A stretch of DNA of 64,000 nucleotides, from the NCBI RefSeq assembly GCF_947568905.1, contig NC_079168.1, positions 57,660,001 to 57,724,000 on the forward strand, given 5' to 3'. The position numbers were made by a program, and so were the translations under genes. Position 1 is the stretch's first letter. Each line of letters opens with the position of its first letter. Source of the stretch: Ostrea edulis. Taxonomy: Eukaryota. The notes beneath the pieces were generated by a model. That model saw nothing but the letters and a program-made list of their open reading frames with translations. It was not told where the DNA came from and did not search any database. This document shows, piece after piece, positions 37,223 through 49,879 of this stretch.

Positions 37223-38383
37223 TTATTTATGAAGTCTTACCTTTCTGCCAGGGACAATGTTGGAGTTGATAATCCTTGGTGATCTCCCTTGCAAAATGCC
37301 ACCGTCAATAAATCCTTGGGATCCAGATGCAGCAGCGGACGCGGATGCGGCACCGTTGGAAGTAGCAAAACCAGCGGCGGCAGCTGCAGCTCCGGGGTTT
37401 TGTCCGATAAGGGGACCAACAGGGTATGGTACACCTTGGAAAGGCTGAATTACAGGACCATTAAGGTGACCTGTGAGTTGGGATCCAATGAGACCTCCCA
37501 TTCCGATTCCTGATCTCAAGTTGGCGCTAGAGGCAGCAGCAGCAGCGGAGGCGGCACCGCGTTGGCTGGCAGAGGCAGCGGCGGAGGCAGCAGCAGCTCC
37601 GGGGTTTTGTCCAGTTAAGATGGGATTAAACATGAAATTGTTGATGCGATTTGTAAATTGAGGTGCAGTAAAACCTCCCATTCCGATTCTAGGTCCCATA
37701 TTGGCGCTAGATGCGGAAGCAGCAGCAGATGAATCGCCGACACCATTGAATACTGGTCCGGATGGATAATGCACGCCTGGCGCTTGGTAAGCAGGTAGTA
37801 TATTAAAAGGTCCAACATTCTGTGGAGAGGTGGCGACTGAGTTTCCACTCATGACTCCAGCATTAAATTCATTGTTGAGGCCAATTACACCTTGATGTCC
37901 ATTAAATCCTCTGTTTGAGGCGGCTGCGGCAGAGGCAGCAGCGTTGAAACCACTTGCAGCTGCTGAGGCAGCAGCTGCGTTTCCCCCAATGAGTCCGGCA
38001 TCAAATCCATTGTTGAGGCCAATTACTCCTTGATGTCCATTAAATCCTCTGTTTGAGGCGGCTGCGGCAGAGGCAGCAGCGTTGAAACCACTTGCAGCTG
38101 CTGAGGCAGCAGCTGAGTTTCCACCGATGAGTCCGGCATTAAATCCATTGTTGAGGTCAATGACACCTTGATGACCACTAAATCCTTGATTTGAGGCGGC
38201 TGCCGCAGAGGCAGCAGCGTTTAAACCACTTGCAGCTGCTGAGGTGGCGGCTGAATGCCCATTAAAGTGGATGTTGTGAGAACATCCGTACTGTCCACAT
38301 CCTGGTTTAGGATAATTATTCCTTGGAACAGGGATTGCAAATGCACCGGCAATAAGACAGAGAAGGGCAATAGCACGGATCAT
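37223..38383 (-). CDS. Silk-like poly-Ala secreted protein, copy C (386 aa)
   Basis: Intact ORF with the same termini; lacks the QGVAGGIHSGVNDNGFEARFFPLDGG segment of the other copies. Confidence 0.92.
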   Translation of the reverse strand: MIRAIALLCLIAGAFAIPVPRNNYPKPGCGQYGCSHNIHFNGHSAATSAAASGLNAAASAAAASNQGFSGHQGVIDLNNGFNAGLIGGNSAAASAAASGFNAAASAAAASNRGFNGHQGVIGLNNGFDAGLIGGNAAAASAAASGFNAAASAAAASNRGFNGHQGVIGLNNEFNAGVMSGNSVATSPQNVGPFNILPAYQAPGVHYPSGPVFNGVGDSSAAASASSANMGPRIGMGGFTAPQFTNRINNFMFNPILTGQNPGAAAASAAASASQRGAASAAAAASSANLRSGIGMGGLIGSQLTGHLNGPVIQPFQGVPYPVGPLIGQNPGAAAAAAGFATSNGAASASAAASGSQGFIDGGILQGRSPRIINSNIVPGRKVRLHK

Positions 38384-38949
38384 CTACAAAACAGAAAAAA
38401 AAAATCAAATTTATTTACTTCATGATTTGGTTAAACTGTTTCGTCTGTGTTTAATTCTAACGATGTTCTTTTATATCCAAGCTATACAATCCATAACGAA
38501 AATAATTTCAAGAAATTGTACTGCTTTTTCCCTTGTAGAGTTGAATGAATGATATCAGAATTGCAGAGACTTAATTGTAAATCAGTCTGTGTTGGCTGTT
38601 GGGGACATTGTGAATTTCTTCCAAAGATATATTTTTTCTCTTCTTTTCAAAAATTGTTAAAATTCATGATTCCCGTATAAAGTATAAGAAACCATGGTTA
38701 AATGAAACTTCTCTCCTAGAATCCTCCCGTGGGATTTGAAGAAATCATGCCATTAACTGATTACACGACACTTTTAGACGTGCCATGCATTTTCTGAGTT
38801 TTGTAAAATTTAGCATTTATACTTGCATAGTTATGGTGTATTCTACAGCAAAACGATATATTGAGTCCGTGATGTTAAAATAGATTGAGAACAAAAACTC
38901 TTTTTATTTCATCAAATTTTTCTTAGTGCAAATTTATTTAAGTTCTCAC

Positions 38950-39150
38950 CTTGAAATCGTTGTGTCGAGTACCTGAGGAGACCTAGACGTTAAATGTTGA
39001 TTAAATCTAAATCTGCAATATTTATACATTGAGCTCGGTAACGTAATCAGGAAGAATATCATTGCGGTTCGAACATTTCTGATTACTCAGTAAAATTTAA
39101 TTCAGTATCATTGGGTCGTTTTAATTAGAAACAATGTGAATAGGTCATTA
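38950..39150 (-). promoter_or_regulatory. C promoter plus non-coding exon 1 (~38998-38950)
   Basis: TATAAATA at 39026-39019, donor CAAG|GTGAGA, block at 39033-39150 identical to A1 although the intron is strongly diverged. Confidence 0.75.
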
Positions 39151-40344
39151 TTGTGTAGAGAATGAATGACGCAATGCTTTTTGCACGTTCACTTTTAACG
39201 TCTTTGCAGTACATATTTTTGTAAGACAATACCTTTGAAGGATTTATCTTAAATTTTACCGTTGACAGGATTCCCCTCGGGTTTTTTAAAAATTAAAATA
39301 TTGTTTTTGTATATCAAATATGAAGAGTATGGAGAGGTGAAGATAACGAACATTGATCAATATCATAACGTCTATATAAGAATACAAAATCAAGAGTAGG
39401 ACAAACACGGACCCCTGGACATACCAGAGGTGGGGTCAAGTGCCTAGGAAGAGTAAGCATCCCCTTTCGACTGAGTCACCAAGGAGTTTATGATGTGCAT
39501 GGTTAATCATATTTTTACCACAAATACGAGTATACAAGATGCTTTTAGTCCATTATATCGATAGCTTAAAGACTTTTGAATTCATTTAGACTATTCCAGG
39601 TATGTGAATTATATCTACTAAAAAATTTAAGAATTGAAATAATTTTATTAAAAAGATATGAGTAAAAATTACCTGACATTTGCACCATATTCGTATCATA
39701 TGTTAGGCAGACATGTACATTGAAATAAAAGAAATCCTTTAATTTTATTTTTGTAATTATCTTGATATTGATTAATTGTACAGTACAATATAGTACAATA
39801 TAGTATATTAAACTATATTGTGTTTAATTGTGTTTAATTCACAAGGTTTTTATAAGTGGTTTGATGATACAATGGATATTTTGTTAATTAAGCCTTATAT
39901 ATAATTCATCTTCAGTTGATGAGTGCAATGAATCACTTATTTGAAAAGCATTATTTTGATATTGATTAATTTCACAGTACAATAATTAAAAGAATTTGAA
40001 AGAAGGAAAAATCGATTGATTTTACCATATCAACGCAATAGAGGCTATTGTTTATATGAGTACAAAAGTAGTCACTTAAAATAGCAAATAAAATTCGTCA
40101 GCGTGGGTTTTATTAAAGGAAAGTATTGATATGCAATTTTGGACTTTGGTCATATAACATTATTCTGTAGATAAAAATCCCTCCCTGCTCAAAGGACGCA
40201 AGAACCGAGCATAGGTCTTGCAGCCCTTCATCGTTCAGTTTTTGTGCGCTTCTACGAGAGTGAGATATTCAGTGGATGGAAATTATAAATAGATCTACAG
40301 TTATCAGGAGCAAATCGAACGTAAATTTCACTTTCAAAGTTTAA

Positions 40345-40904
40345 GGTAGTCCCACCCTCATGTGACTTATCAATGTCAATGGTTGAAAGTGGAAAAACTG
40401 TATCAATTTCCACTTTTAAAATATAGTTAAATTTAATTGATAACCAAAGAAAATATATATGTAGCCACCTTTTTTAAGATGTCAGACATACAAAAACAGA
40501 AGTGTCGGTCAGCTTAAGAAAATCACACATTTTTGCGAAAAAGAATAATAAAAATATATCAAAACTTGTTAAATTGACAAATATTGAATGTCAACAATTT
40601 AGAAAAATGCTAATTCATAAATATGTATCAATTAATTGTGGATATTAGGAAAATCATTGTTTAAAAGACATGCAGTAGAGGAGATATCAGCATAGGAGTT
40701 AATGCCCTTGACAACATATTTATCATTATAAATAGATGATTACCTATGATAAATACTTAAACGTTTTCACAATCAATGGTTTACCAGATTTTTTATTTCA
40801 TCCACTGAATAAAATTCCTTTGAAATATATATTTCTATAATATGAAAGTTTGATTTAATAGTATTTTTGCAAAACTCTACGACACCACATGAGGATCGAC
40901 TACG
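40345..40904. mobile_element. 560-bp TTAA-flanked non-autonomous DNA transposon (Kolobok-like)
   Basis: TTAA at 40341-44 and 40905-08; ends GGTAGTCCCACCCTCATG / CATGAGGATCGACTACG are imperfect inverted repeats; flanks rejoin to match the A upstream region at ~3480-3530. Confidence 0.7.
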
Positions 40905-41949
40905 TTAAATTATCTATCCAACAAAATAGATGTAATTTGTCGAGTAGATACTATGTGAACGTGAATACTAATGGCATGGCTTAATACGCTTTATCACGGA
41001 AGTGAGAACTATGGTATTGTTGATGTCGTTTTGAAATTACACTTCAAACCTGGCTATTATTGTAACCTTTAGAACATGACAACTTCTACTGTTCGTCATG
41101 GCATCTTAATCGTCACGTTATCTGTATGAGGAAACAGACATGTATTGTTTGAAATTAATATTCACAAAATAGTAGATTTCAGATCTAACAATAATCGTTC
41201 TAAGTGATCAAGACTGGTTCCGTGTTTGAAATCATTTAGCTTTGCACATCATAGAATAACAAAATTTAACCAAATTTTATTACGAACCATAGACATCAAT
41301 CTGACTCAGGGAGAGCGAAGTGAACAGAGCGCCAACATATCTGTTCACAAAAAATGAAAGAGAAGTCTTTAAGCAAAATTTTATTTATGTTCCTAAGTTA
41401 ACATGATCTTGTCAAGTAAGGTTTTGCTCGTTACTTGATAAAGGTAGTAAAATCAGGACATTGACGTGAATTGAAAAACTGTCATTTATTTTAAGAATGA
41501 CGAAGCTATATAAATCAGAATAACAAAGAAAATATGTATCACATATATATAGTTATGCAACCAGACCCTTAAACACATGATGAAGTATTCAAATAGAGCT
41601 GCCTGTAATCAAATAAGGTGTGTTTTACAAATAAATCGGTCTCATAAAATTAATTCATAGTAAACGAAATGTACAATATTTTCACTACCAGTAAATAATA
41701 CCCAACAGCACGCTGTGAATGGTCAAGCATGGAATGCGCTAAGTACAGGTTCTTAAAACAAATCATTTAGGAATAAAAATAATTTTTCCTCATTTCACTT
41801 AAGTATACGACATAAAGTAAGTTGGGACAGTTTACGTATTATAAGAATAAAATTTGGGCGTATTTGCAAGGTTTTTAACTGAGCAAGATAGTTCGCCTGT
41901 TGTCCTAATATTCAGAGTAGTTCTGATCCAGTTAGTCAGATGTGAACTG

Positions 41950-42800
41950 TTGAATGAGCAAAGAAATGACCCATTTAGCAATGGACGAATGTTCCACCTG
42001 TAGGAATTTAGCCGGTTAATTACCGGCTAAAAAAACAGACAGATCCAGTTTCACCACTCGTAACAGAGCGTGAAAGGCAAGGGAGAAAAGCAGCGTTAAA
42101 TGATATGGCCCCGAAGGAATTAGTACATGCTAACGGCAACTTCCAATTGAATATGATTTGATTTAGCAAACTGAGAGTGCGGGGTATTCGGGCGTCCTTG
42201 GTACGAGGCCCTCGTATTATGTCCCCGTCTCATACCCTCTAAAAGATTGCAACAACAAAATGCTTTGTTGGATCAATTTCCCCAAATACGTTACATTAAA
42301 AGCTAATTGTCTTTGTATAGCATTTGCCGTTGCTTGCTTGTAACCCAAAATGGACAAGTACTTTGTACTTAGTACAATAAACAACAGTATATGATCATAA
42401 AGTGGAGGCCAAGTCTAGTCCCAGTGTTGTCCCTTACTAAAATTTCCAAAAGCTTGCGACCCCATTGAATAGGCTTGATTGGTGTTCTGCCCGTGGGTTG
42501 ATCTACAAATGTATTTCATCTGCAAGAAAACACCGAGGAATGATGTGGGAATGGGTTATGGAACCTGTTCTGTTGCTGGAGCTAACTTTCTGAAACCGTG
42601 TCACTGTCAGTTATTACATTATGTTCACCCGAAATGTGATGTGCTTTTTATAAAAACTGAATGTTGTTGAGCAAGGACACAAGCATGATAATCAACTGTG
42701 GTTCTAGTTCGGTAAAAATGCCAAACCTAGCCTCCCTTCCGCCATCAGTACAGTTGATCTATTATGACGACTTCTAATAACATTACGCCACAGACCTCGC
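41950..42800 (-). pseudogene. Heavily decayed DIRS/Ngaro RNase H end plus tyrosine recombinase start
   Basis: Manual minus-strand translation across frames gives KAHHISGEHNVITDS, KLAPATEQVP*PIP, NTNQAYSMG, DPTKHFVVA, LEGMRR, DARIP, FSLAFHALLRV, in the expected order. Confidence 0.6.
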
Positions 42801-44382
42801 GATTCTTGGAACAATCCGCCTACCGAGCATTTTAATTGGTTAAAATATTAATGAGGAAGTAGTTCCAGGGAGTAGCACTGATTTTGCAGGGAGTAGTCCT
42901 CAGATAGGGGAATGTTGCAATTTCAGGGAAACAGACAGTTTTATTGTATTACTTTTATATAGAGAAAAATCAGTATAGAGGTATAATAAAATATTTAGAG
43001 ATTGCTTAATTATTGTAGCAATGTAAATGAAGAAATGTTAATAGTTTATTCCAAGTATTTTACTATACATACGTGTCAAGGGAAATTACGTTTATGCTCT
43101 ACAGGTTAATTACTCCTGCATAACAAATTCATTATTTCATCATCAATTTTGATTCAATGCTAAACATGTGCTGACGCTTGCAACATTAATCAGTTTACGT
43201 GATACTACTTTAAAAAGATAAAACTTCCCCCACTCCACTTAGCGGGAAATAAATTCAAAATCAATGGACAACAATTTTTATTATCAATGTGATTGCGGTC
43301 AAATGTACTTCCATCCCCAATGTAATATTACGCTAAATGGAAATCTGCCATAATCAAGTATCTCCACGATATACGTTTCACAAACCGAATATTTCGTTTT
43401 AGAAAATTCTTAGTTACGGTGCTGTATTTGTTTCCGAGCAAGTAACAACCGCAGCAGCATTTGGATGAAACAGACTTCAGCTTTAATATTTGTTTTAGAG
43501 ACACATATCAAATAAGCATGAACACAAAAGGTGCACCGAATTCCTGGACGTCACAACTTACGGTTTATCAGGGTACTTCATAGCGAGGCGTTACAAACGT
43601 ACTAAACGACTTCCAGGGCACCCCATGGCGAGTCATTACACATATCGTCTCCGAATAATTCCTTAGCGAGACAAGTACGGCTCCCTGTTATACCGAACAG
43701 GTACGTCTACTATACCGAATAAATTCCTCACCTAAGCAATATCTACCAGAGAAAGAGTTACACACAGCTTCTCTTTACCTCTCTTATCGTCAAGGAAATA
43801 GTGTTGGAGTGCAGCGTAATACGCCCTCTGGAAAGAGATCATCGCAAAAGTTGCAGCGAGCTTGCATTGGCTCTTGGAATGTGCATAGCTACTTTATCCG
43901 CTATACTGAGCTTGCGCTTGTCAGACACATCCGCCACACAAAGATGAATAAACATCGAAAGCCCCAAATTTACAGATTATTAATATGTTGGACCGAGAGA
44001 AGCATGAAATGGTCATTGGTGAGTCCCAAGTGACAATCCTATTCAGTGAAATGCGATAAATAGAAATAGAAATATTCTCTCACTGTTACTTATATCATTT
44101 TTAAAATCTCTTTTGCGTTAAACGGTAAGTAACACCCAAATATTAGCCTAAAGATTTTTGTGGTGGCCTTCAATGGTCCACTGAGTCTTGATGGGATGCT
44201 ATAGTTTGCGATGTTACAGTTTGATATTGCTTGCTTATATGTTGCGCTACATTTGCAAATGGATAATCAAAATGCATTTTATATCTTGCAACACGAATGT
44301 AGGTTTTGATCCGCCTATTCATTTAACGCGGGAAATAACATGTTTTACGGTTTGACCGTTGAGACGAGCGAAGATTGATTGA

Positions 44383-44573
44383 TTGAGACCAAAAAAAACT
44401 GAGGTCCTGTGTCACAGCAGGCGTGGTACGATAAAGATTCCTCCCTGCTCAAAGCCCGTAAGCGCCGAGCATAAACCTAAATTTTGCAGCCCTGCACAGG
44501 CAATGGTGGCGTCTCCATGTGAGTGAAAAATTCTCGAGAGGACGTTAAACAATATACAATCAATATAATTTAT
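44383..44573 (+). mobile_element. 5'-truncated copy of the Meta/Deu-like SINE
   Basis: Matches the 3' two-thirds of 46508-46773. Confidence 0.75.
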
Positions 44574-45951
44574 ATAACGATTTGCTAAAATCTGTTTCAA
44601 TAATGATTATACTAACTGAATGTTTGATTTACAAATTGCATGTCGGAGTCATGTATTTTTGGTAATTAGAGCTCGAATGACTGTTAAAGCTAACTAATGA
44701 ATCGATTCCTGGGATCTTTCTGTGTGGGTTCGTCGAATTAAAACGGAGACAGACCTAGACAAGGATACCGAAAGTTGATCCATACGACTCACAGAATTTA
44801 CAATGACAGTATATGGAGATTATCTTTATTTTTGCCGATTTTTCCTTTCACATACATGTACGTGTTACCTTTCGAGTTTTGCTACGCGGACAGGCCGACT
44901 TTCCAAGCTTCGCTCGGTATTATCATGGTGATGTGCCGCTGCTGTTAAATTATGGCAATGGTGCTATCGCTATATCTCTAACTGCCGAGTTCCAAGTCCG
45001 AGATCTATCCCTAATATATGATGAAAATACTAAACATACATCGAAGCCCTAAAGTAGGAAATGAAATTGACAAGTTATTATTGCCATGGTAATTATTCAA
45101 GTGCAAGGCACGTATCCAGAAAGAAAATAAAGTACATGTATACGCGAAGTACGGCAGGGGATTTGAGGGTCGCCTTGGGGCCTCTTTGGGGTCTAGGGCA
45201 AAGCCCTAATGAAGGCCCAGCGGGAGAATCTGCAACTTGAAGTTCCTGGGTTTTGCCAATGAAATCACGTATTTGTCGTGCTTAAAAGCAGTGTTTCTTA
45301 TCAATTTCAAAAACAAAAAAGAATTCACACTATTTTTTTTCTAAAGTGTTTTATGCTGCCACTTCACCGTGTGTACATGGATTGACTTGCATTTGTTTTT
45401 ACAAATTGATTGTGTTGTCTACATTTTTGGGGGTTGTTTTCAACTGTTATAAACATGTATAGTATGTTACTGATGATAAGGAATATCCTAAATCGGCCTA
45501 CAATTGTACGTATATGATGTACGTTCAAGTGACATTCGACATGCTGTTTGAAATTCAAAAAGGCCTTTTTTGATTGAATGGTCATTATGATGAAACATAA
45601 CCCCACCCACAGCAACGCAAAACTATTTAAATGAAATATCAGATTTAAAATATCTTCTTTTTTTTCATCTTCAATTCTCGTGTGAAAATACTGTAATGAA
45701 AATATCTACCTCCAATTGCGATGCTTGTACAAATCGCCAGCGATGAATTATTACATCCTTATAAATTTAGGTTAAAAAGACAAAACTACACTGTAAAAGT
45801 CTTCATTTATACAAAAAAGTAAACAATCACCGAGAAATAGAAATCACTTGCACCGCACAAGGATTCACTGAGCAACGTACTGGGGAAGCGTCGACCGAGA
45901 AAACCGCCATCTTGGTTATATGTCTAACCGGAGCATGTACTTTATTAATAA

Positions 45952-47480
45952 AAGGTGAAGATAACGAACAGTGATCAATTTCATAACTCCTATAAGCAAT
46001 ACAAATTAGATAGTAAGGCAAACACGGACCCCTGGAAACACCAGAGGTGGTCAAATTCAATATGCAAAGAACGGCTTAACAATCGGTATGAAACACGTCA
46101 GACAACATTTGACCCAATGATAGGTTGTATTGGCAAACTAGATCATAACGACCATAAAATTTGCGAAATGCTGACTTCAATCGAGACTGTTGAAACCCCT
46201 GTACCATCAACTTGTTTGTCAGTAGCTTGCATCGATTTAAAAACTGACTATACGCAGAACAATCTCTTGCGTATCAAATCAGTTGAGAGATATAAACACC
46301 ATAGGCAGGTGATAATGGAATATTGCTACATAAATATGGGAAGTTGGCGATGGAGAAGCTGAAATCATCCCGTTTGTCATACAGTTGAGTTGTCAGTTTG
46401 CCGTTAATTTTTTTTTTTTTTTTTTTTATTGTTTTTATCATTTTCAACAAATACATATACACCTTTTACTCACACAGTTTGCCGTTAATGTCTACATTCA
46501 ATAAAATCCCGTGGGGATCCGGGTTAGAATAGGTCTTCAGTACCCCCTTGCTTGTCGTAAGAGGCGACTAAATGGGGCGGTCCTTCGGATGAGACCGCAA
46601 AAACCGAAGTCCCGTGTCACAGCAGGTGTGGCGCGATGAAGATCCCTCCCTGCTCAATGGCCATAAGCGCCGAGAATAGGCCTAAATTTTGCGACCCTTC
46701 ACCGGCAATGGTGACCTCTCCATATGAGTGAAATATTCTCGAGAGGAATGTTAAACAATAATTAATCAATCAATCAATAAAATATCTAAGTATGAAGCAG
46801 AAGTGGACAACTCTGTGGTGTCTTTTATTCCGAGCTCACAGGGATATATCGAATCGACATATGAATTAAAGTTATTATTGTTAATAGGCAAAACGTCGTC
46901 GATTTTAAATGTCGAATTGAATGTCACAGCAAGAGATTTTTTCTTCTCGCGTTGAAGTTTTTGAATAAATTCTGCTTCATATGAATATAGAAACAGGTCA
47001 GCTAACAAAAGAACACAATTCGTGCGCATGGGAATTCCAACAGATTGTTGGAAAACTTGATCACCAAAGACCATGAAGATATTGTCAATGAGGAACTCTA
47101 GCATATTTTTTAATTCAACTTCAGAGTACTTTTGCGTGGAATCAGAGTAGTGTTTAACAAAGTAAGTTTTTGGATGACTGATCACTAGATATGAATATTT
47201 CCTTTTTCCATTTTTGTTGAAGAAGCAACTGTCTATGATGTCAAAAAGTCTAGTCTTTAATTTATCCTGAGGATTGGATTGGTCGTGTATAGTGTTGGAA
47301 AGTCATAGGTTTTGATGTTATTGATTTGGGAAAAGTTTTGCGATTTCAAGTTTATTACAAGTTCTTTAGATTTTTTTTACAATCTACATTTGATTAACAC
47401 CACTTCTGGCATATGTAGTCGCACAGTGCGGTTGAAGTTTCTCCTTCACAGCTCTTGTTTTCGTGAGGAGCAAAGATAGG
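45952..47480 (-). mobile_element. Naiad-type Penelope-like RT fragment with terminal repeat, interrupted by a SINE
   Basis: ORF 46766..47185 GIPMRTNCVLLLADLFLYSYEAEF...IDD; ORF 46274..46462 QLYDKRDDFSFSIANFPYLCSNIPLSPAYGVYISQLI. Confidence 0.85.
46508..46773 (+). mobile_element. Meta/Deu-like SINE inserted in the Naiad RT
   Basis: 10-bp TSD TCAATAAAAT (46498-507, 46774-83), (AATC)n tail. Confidence 0.8.
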
Positions 47481-48649
47481 GGCCTGTTAGAACATTTACT
47501 GTATCCAGCAATGTATCTTTGTAAGGGTTTTTTTCTGATCCAGTATTGTAGTGTTCCAGGAAATGATAAACATCGGATTTAACCAATAACTCGGGCAGCG
47601 TGATCCAACACACATTAAATCATTCAAACATTTATCAAATCTCAACTTCCGGATAAATACAAAGGAGATAATCAATATAGCAATAATCATGAGTTATCTT
47701 TCTTAGAATATAATGAAATCATAATTAATCATACACTACAGGTATCTACACAATTTCTTTTTCTTATGATTTGTTGAAGGTCCTGTTATCAAAAATAAAA
47801 TTTTCACTGATAATGAGTTTTACCAATACGTAAATGAACATTTTTGGATAATCTTTAATGTATCTTTACAAAACTTAAGTTAAAACAAGTGTCGATACCT
47901 GATCAAAAAAAGGTTGGGGTGGGGTTGGGGTTATGGTTAATAAGGGCTATGGTTTACATCCTCATATAGTTCAGATACAGGCTAGTTTATCTGAAATTTT
48001 ATAACACCCTTCTGAATATATCAATTACCAGGGTCTTGAATGTACGGTTTCCATTTGATATGGTATTTGGAGCAGTTGTGTTGAAGGAGTGATGGGGATT
48101 TGGCTTCAAGTGGGACCAGGCCATAGTTAAGGCAAATATCAACAATTTGAGTGTGAAATTGGTAAAAGTGTGGCGGCTAATTAATATAAGACAATGGGGA
48201 GGGACTCTGATTTATTTATCAAATAATTATTTATCATAAAAATGAGACCACTGTGTATTCACGCACCACAATTTGTGATGTCTCATCTAGATATATGCAG
48301 TTTAGGTAAAAATACATATTTCAATAAAATATAATACCGTAGCTAAACGTTATAAAGTATAATTAGTTTGTTGACTTTGAAAAAAAAACTTTCCTCGAAC
48401 CTTTGATAGGGTTCATATTCCCGTAAGCTATTTCCGTTTTAAAAAAAAAGTGATAAAGCTAAAAAGTTAAGAAAATAATAGTCATCTGAGTGTTTATCAC
48501 ACAGCAAAATTCTACTGAAAAACATTGACCATGATTGACGCTCGGAATACAACTTCCTGTTTTATGATAAAGTAGGAATTTTCAAGAACGGTTTATGTAA
48601 ATTTTCTCATGTAAAGTATGATTTGGAAAGAGAAAAAAACATATGTGAA

Positions 48650-48829
48650 ACGTTTGGTTTTGTCTGATCAGTCTAGTCACATTGTTATGTTTGGTTTTGT
48701 CTGATCAGTCTAGTCACACTATTACGTTTGGGGTTTTTTCCTGATCAGTCTAGTCAAACTGTTACGTTTGGTTTTGTCTAGTCAGTCTGTTACGTTTGGT
48801 TTTGAGTGATCAGTCTAGTCATACTGTTT
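48650..48829. repeat. ~37-bp minisatellite, ~5 copies
   Basis: ACGTTTGGTTTTGTCTGATCAGTCTAGTCACATTGTT units. Confidence 0.85.
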
Positions 48830-49573
48830 TCGGCAGTCATGCATTGTGACGAGGGAAGGAAGATTCCAATAAGACTTATCCAAAATTTATTTCCAACTTA
48901 CGTCGCAATGCATGACGTGCTGAAGACTTCGAGAACGGAGTCCAGCTAGACTAATCACCATACAGTACCCTATGGTCTTATTCAAGACTGACACGCGGCA
49001 TCCGACATCATAACGGATAAATATTGTGGGCATTAACAAAACATTGAACAACACACATTGAAATAACAAAACCTTTTACTGGACTTAATGAGAACAATAA
49101 GACAATATCAAGGCATGAGAATTAGTTTTTGTGTCAAATGTAATAAACCTTTTTTATCTAGATATTGTAATTCAGCAACTTTCGACTGTTTGATCAAGCA
49201 TAAGCAAACAAACTGCAGTTGATAATAGATTGATGTAGCAGAAGTCCAATAGCTATAAGAATTGCTATCGATTACAGACTACTTGAGCTCAAGCCGAGTA
49301 GTCAGTCTTCTGTTCGCGATGATATGCACGAATGATGATTACACTGAATACATTTTTAAGAAATTCTAATTTCCTCCAAATAGTTTTATCATTTTTGTCT
49401 CCACCATTAGATCCTATCGTTAATGTGATCCACCATGCTGTCCTATTATTGTTGTACGTCACACCCCACACCACTGTGTTCCCATACGATTTTTTTGTTC
49501 GTAGCTCATGAAGCTTTGTACCTCTTATCGTGGCTTAAAACCAAGGCCTGTTTATAGAAGTAAACATGATGAA

Positions 49574-49756
49574 ACTACTCTACATAACGGTACTCCACAT
49601 GATGACATTACTCCACATGATGACACTACTCCACATGATGACATTACTCCACATGATGACACTACTCCACATGATGACACTACTCCACATGATGACATAT
49701 CGGTACTCCACATGACATTACTGTACATGATAACGCTATTCCACATGATAACAATT
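49574..49756. repeat. 18-bp minisatellite
   Basis: TACTCCACATGATGACA(C/T) x~6 plus degenerate flanking units. Confidence 0.9.
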
Positions 49757-49879
49757 ATTTTAACAAGTGAAAGCAAATTTGTTGGTACTAGAAAAATAAC
49801 TAAAATATTCTTGCAGTCTTTGGACCTCTTGTTTAAGGGGGATGATTTGTTCAAAACTTTCATAGTTTTGCTTATTTTG

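Noticed and set aside
43809-44033. IGSWNV motif resembling the start of an APE endonuclease
   Set aside because: Single short motif with no downstream APE motifs found.
46766-47185. Selenocysteine (UGA) recoding as reported for some Naiads
   Set aside because: Cys positions seen use ordinary codons; stops in the fragments look like random decay; no SECIS identified.
48650-48829. CRISPR-like array
   Set aside because: Contiguous tandem units without unique spacers, in eukaryotic context with no cas genes.
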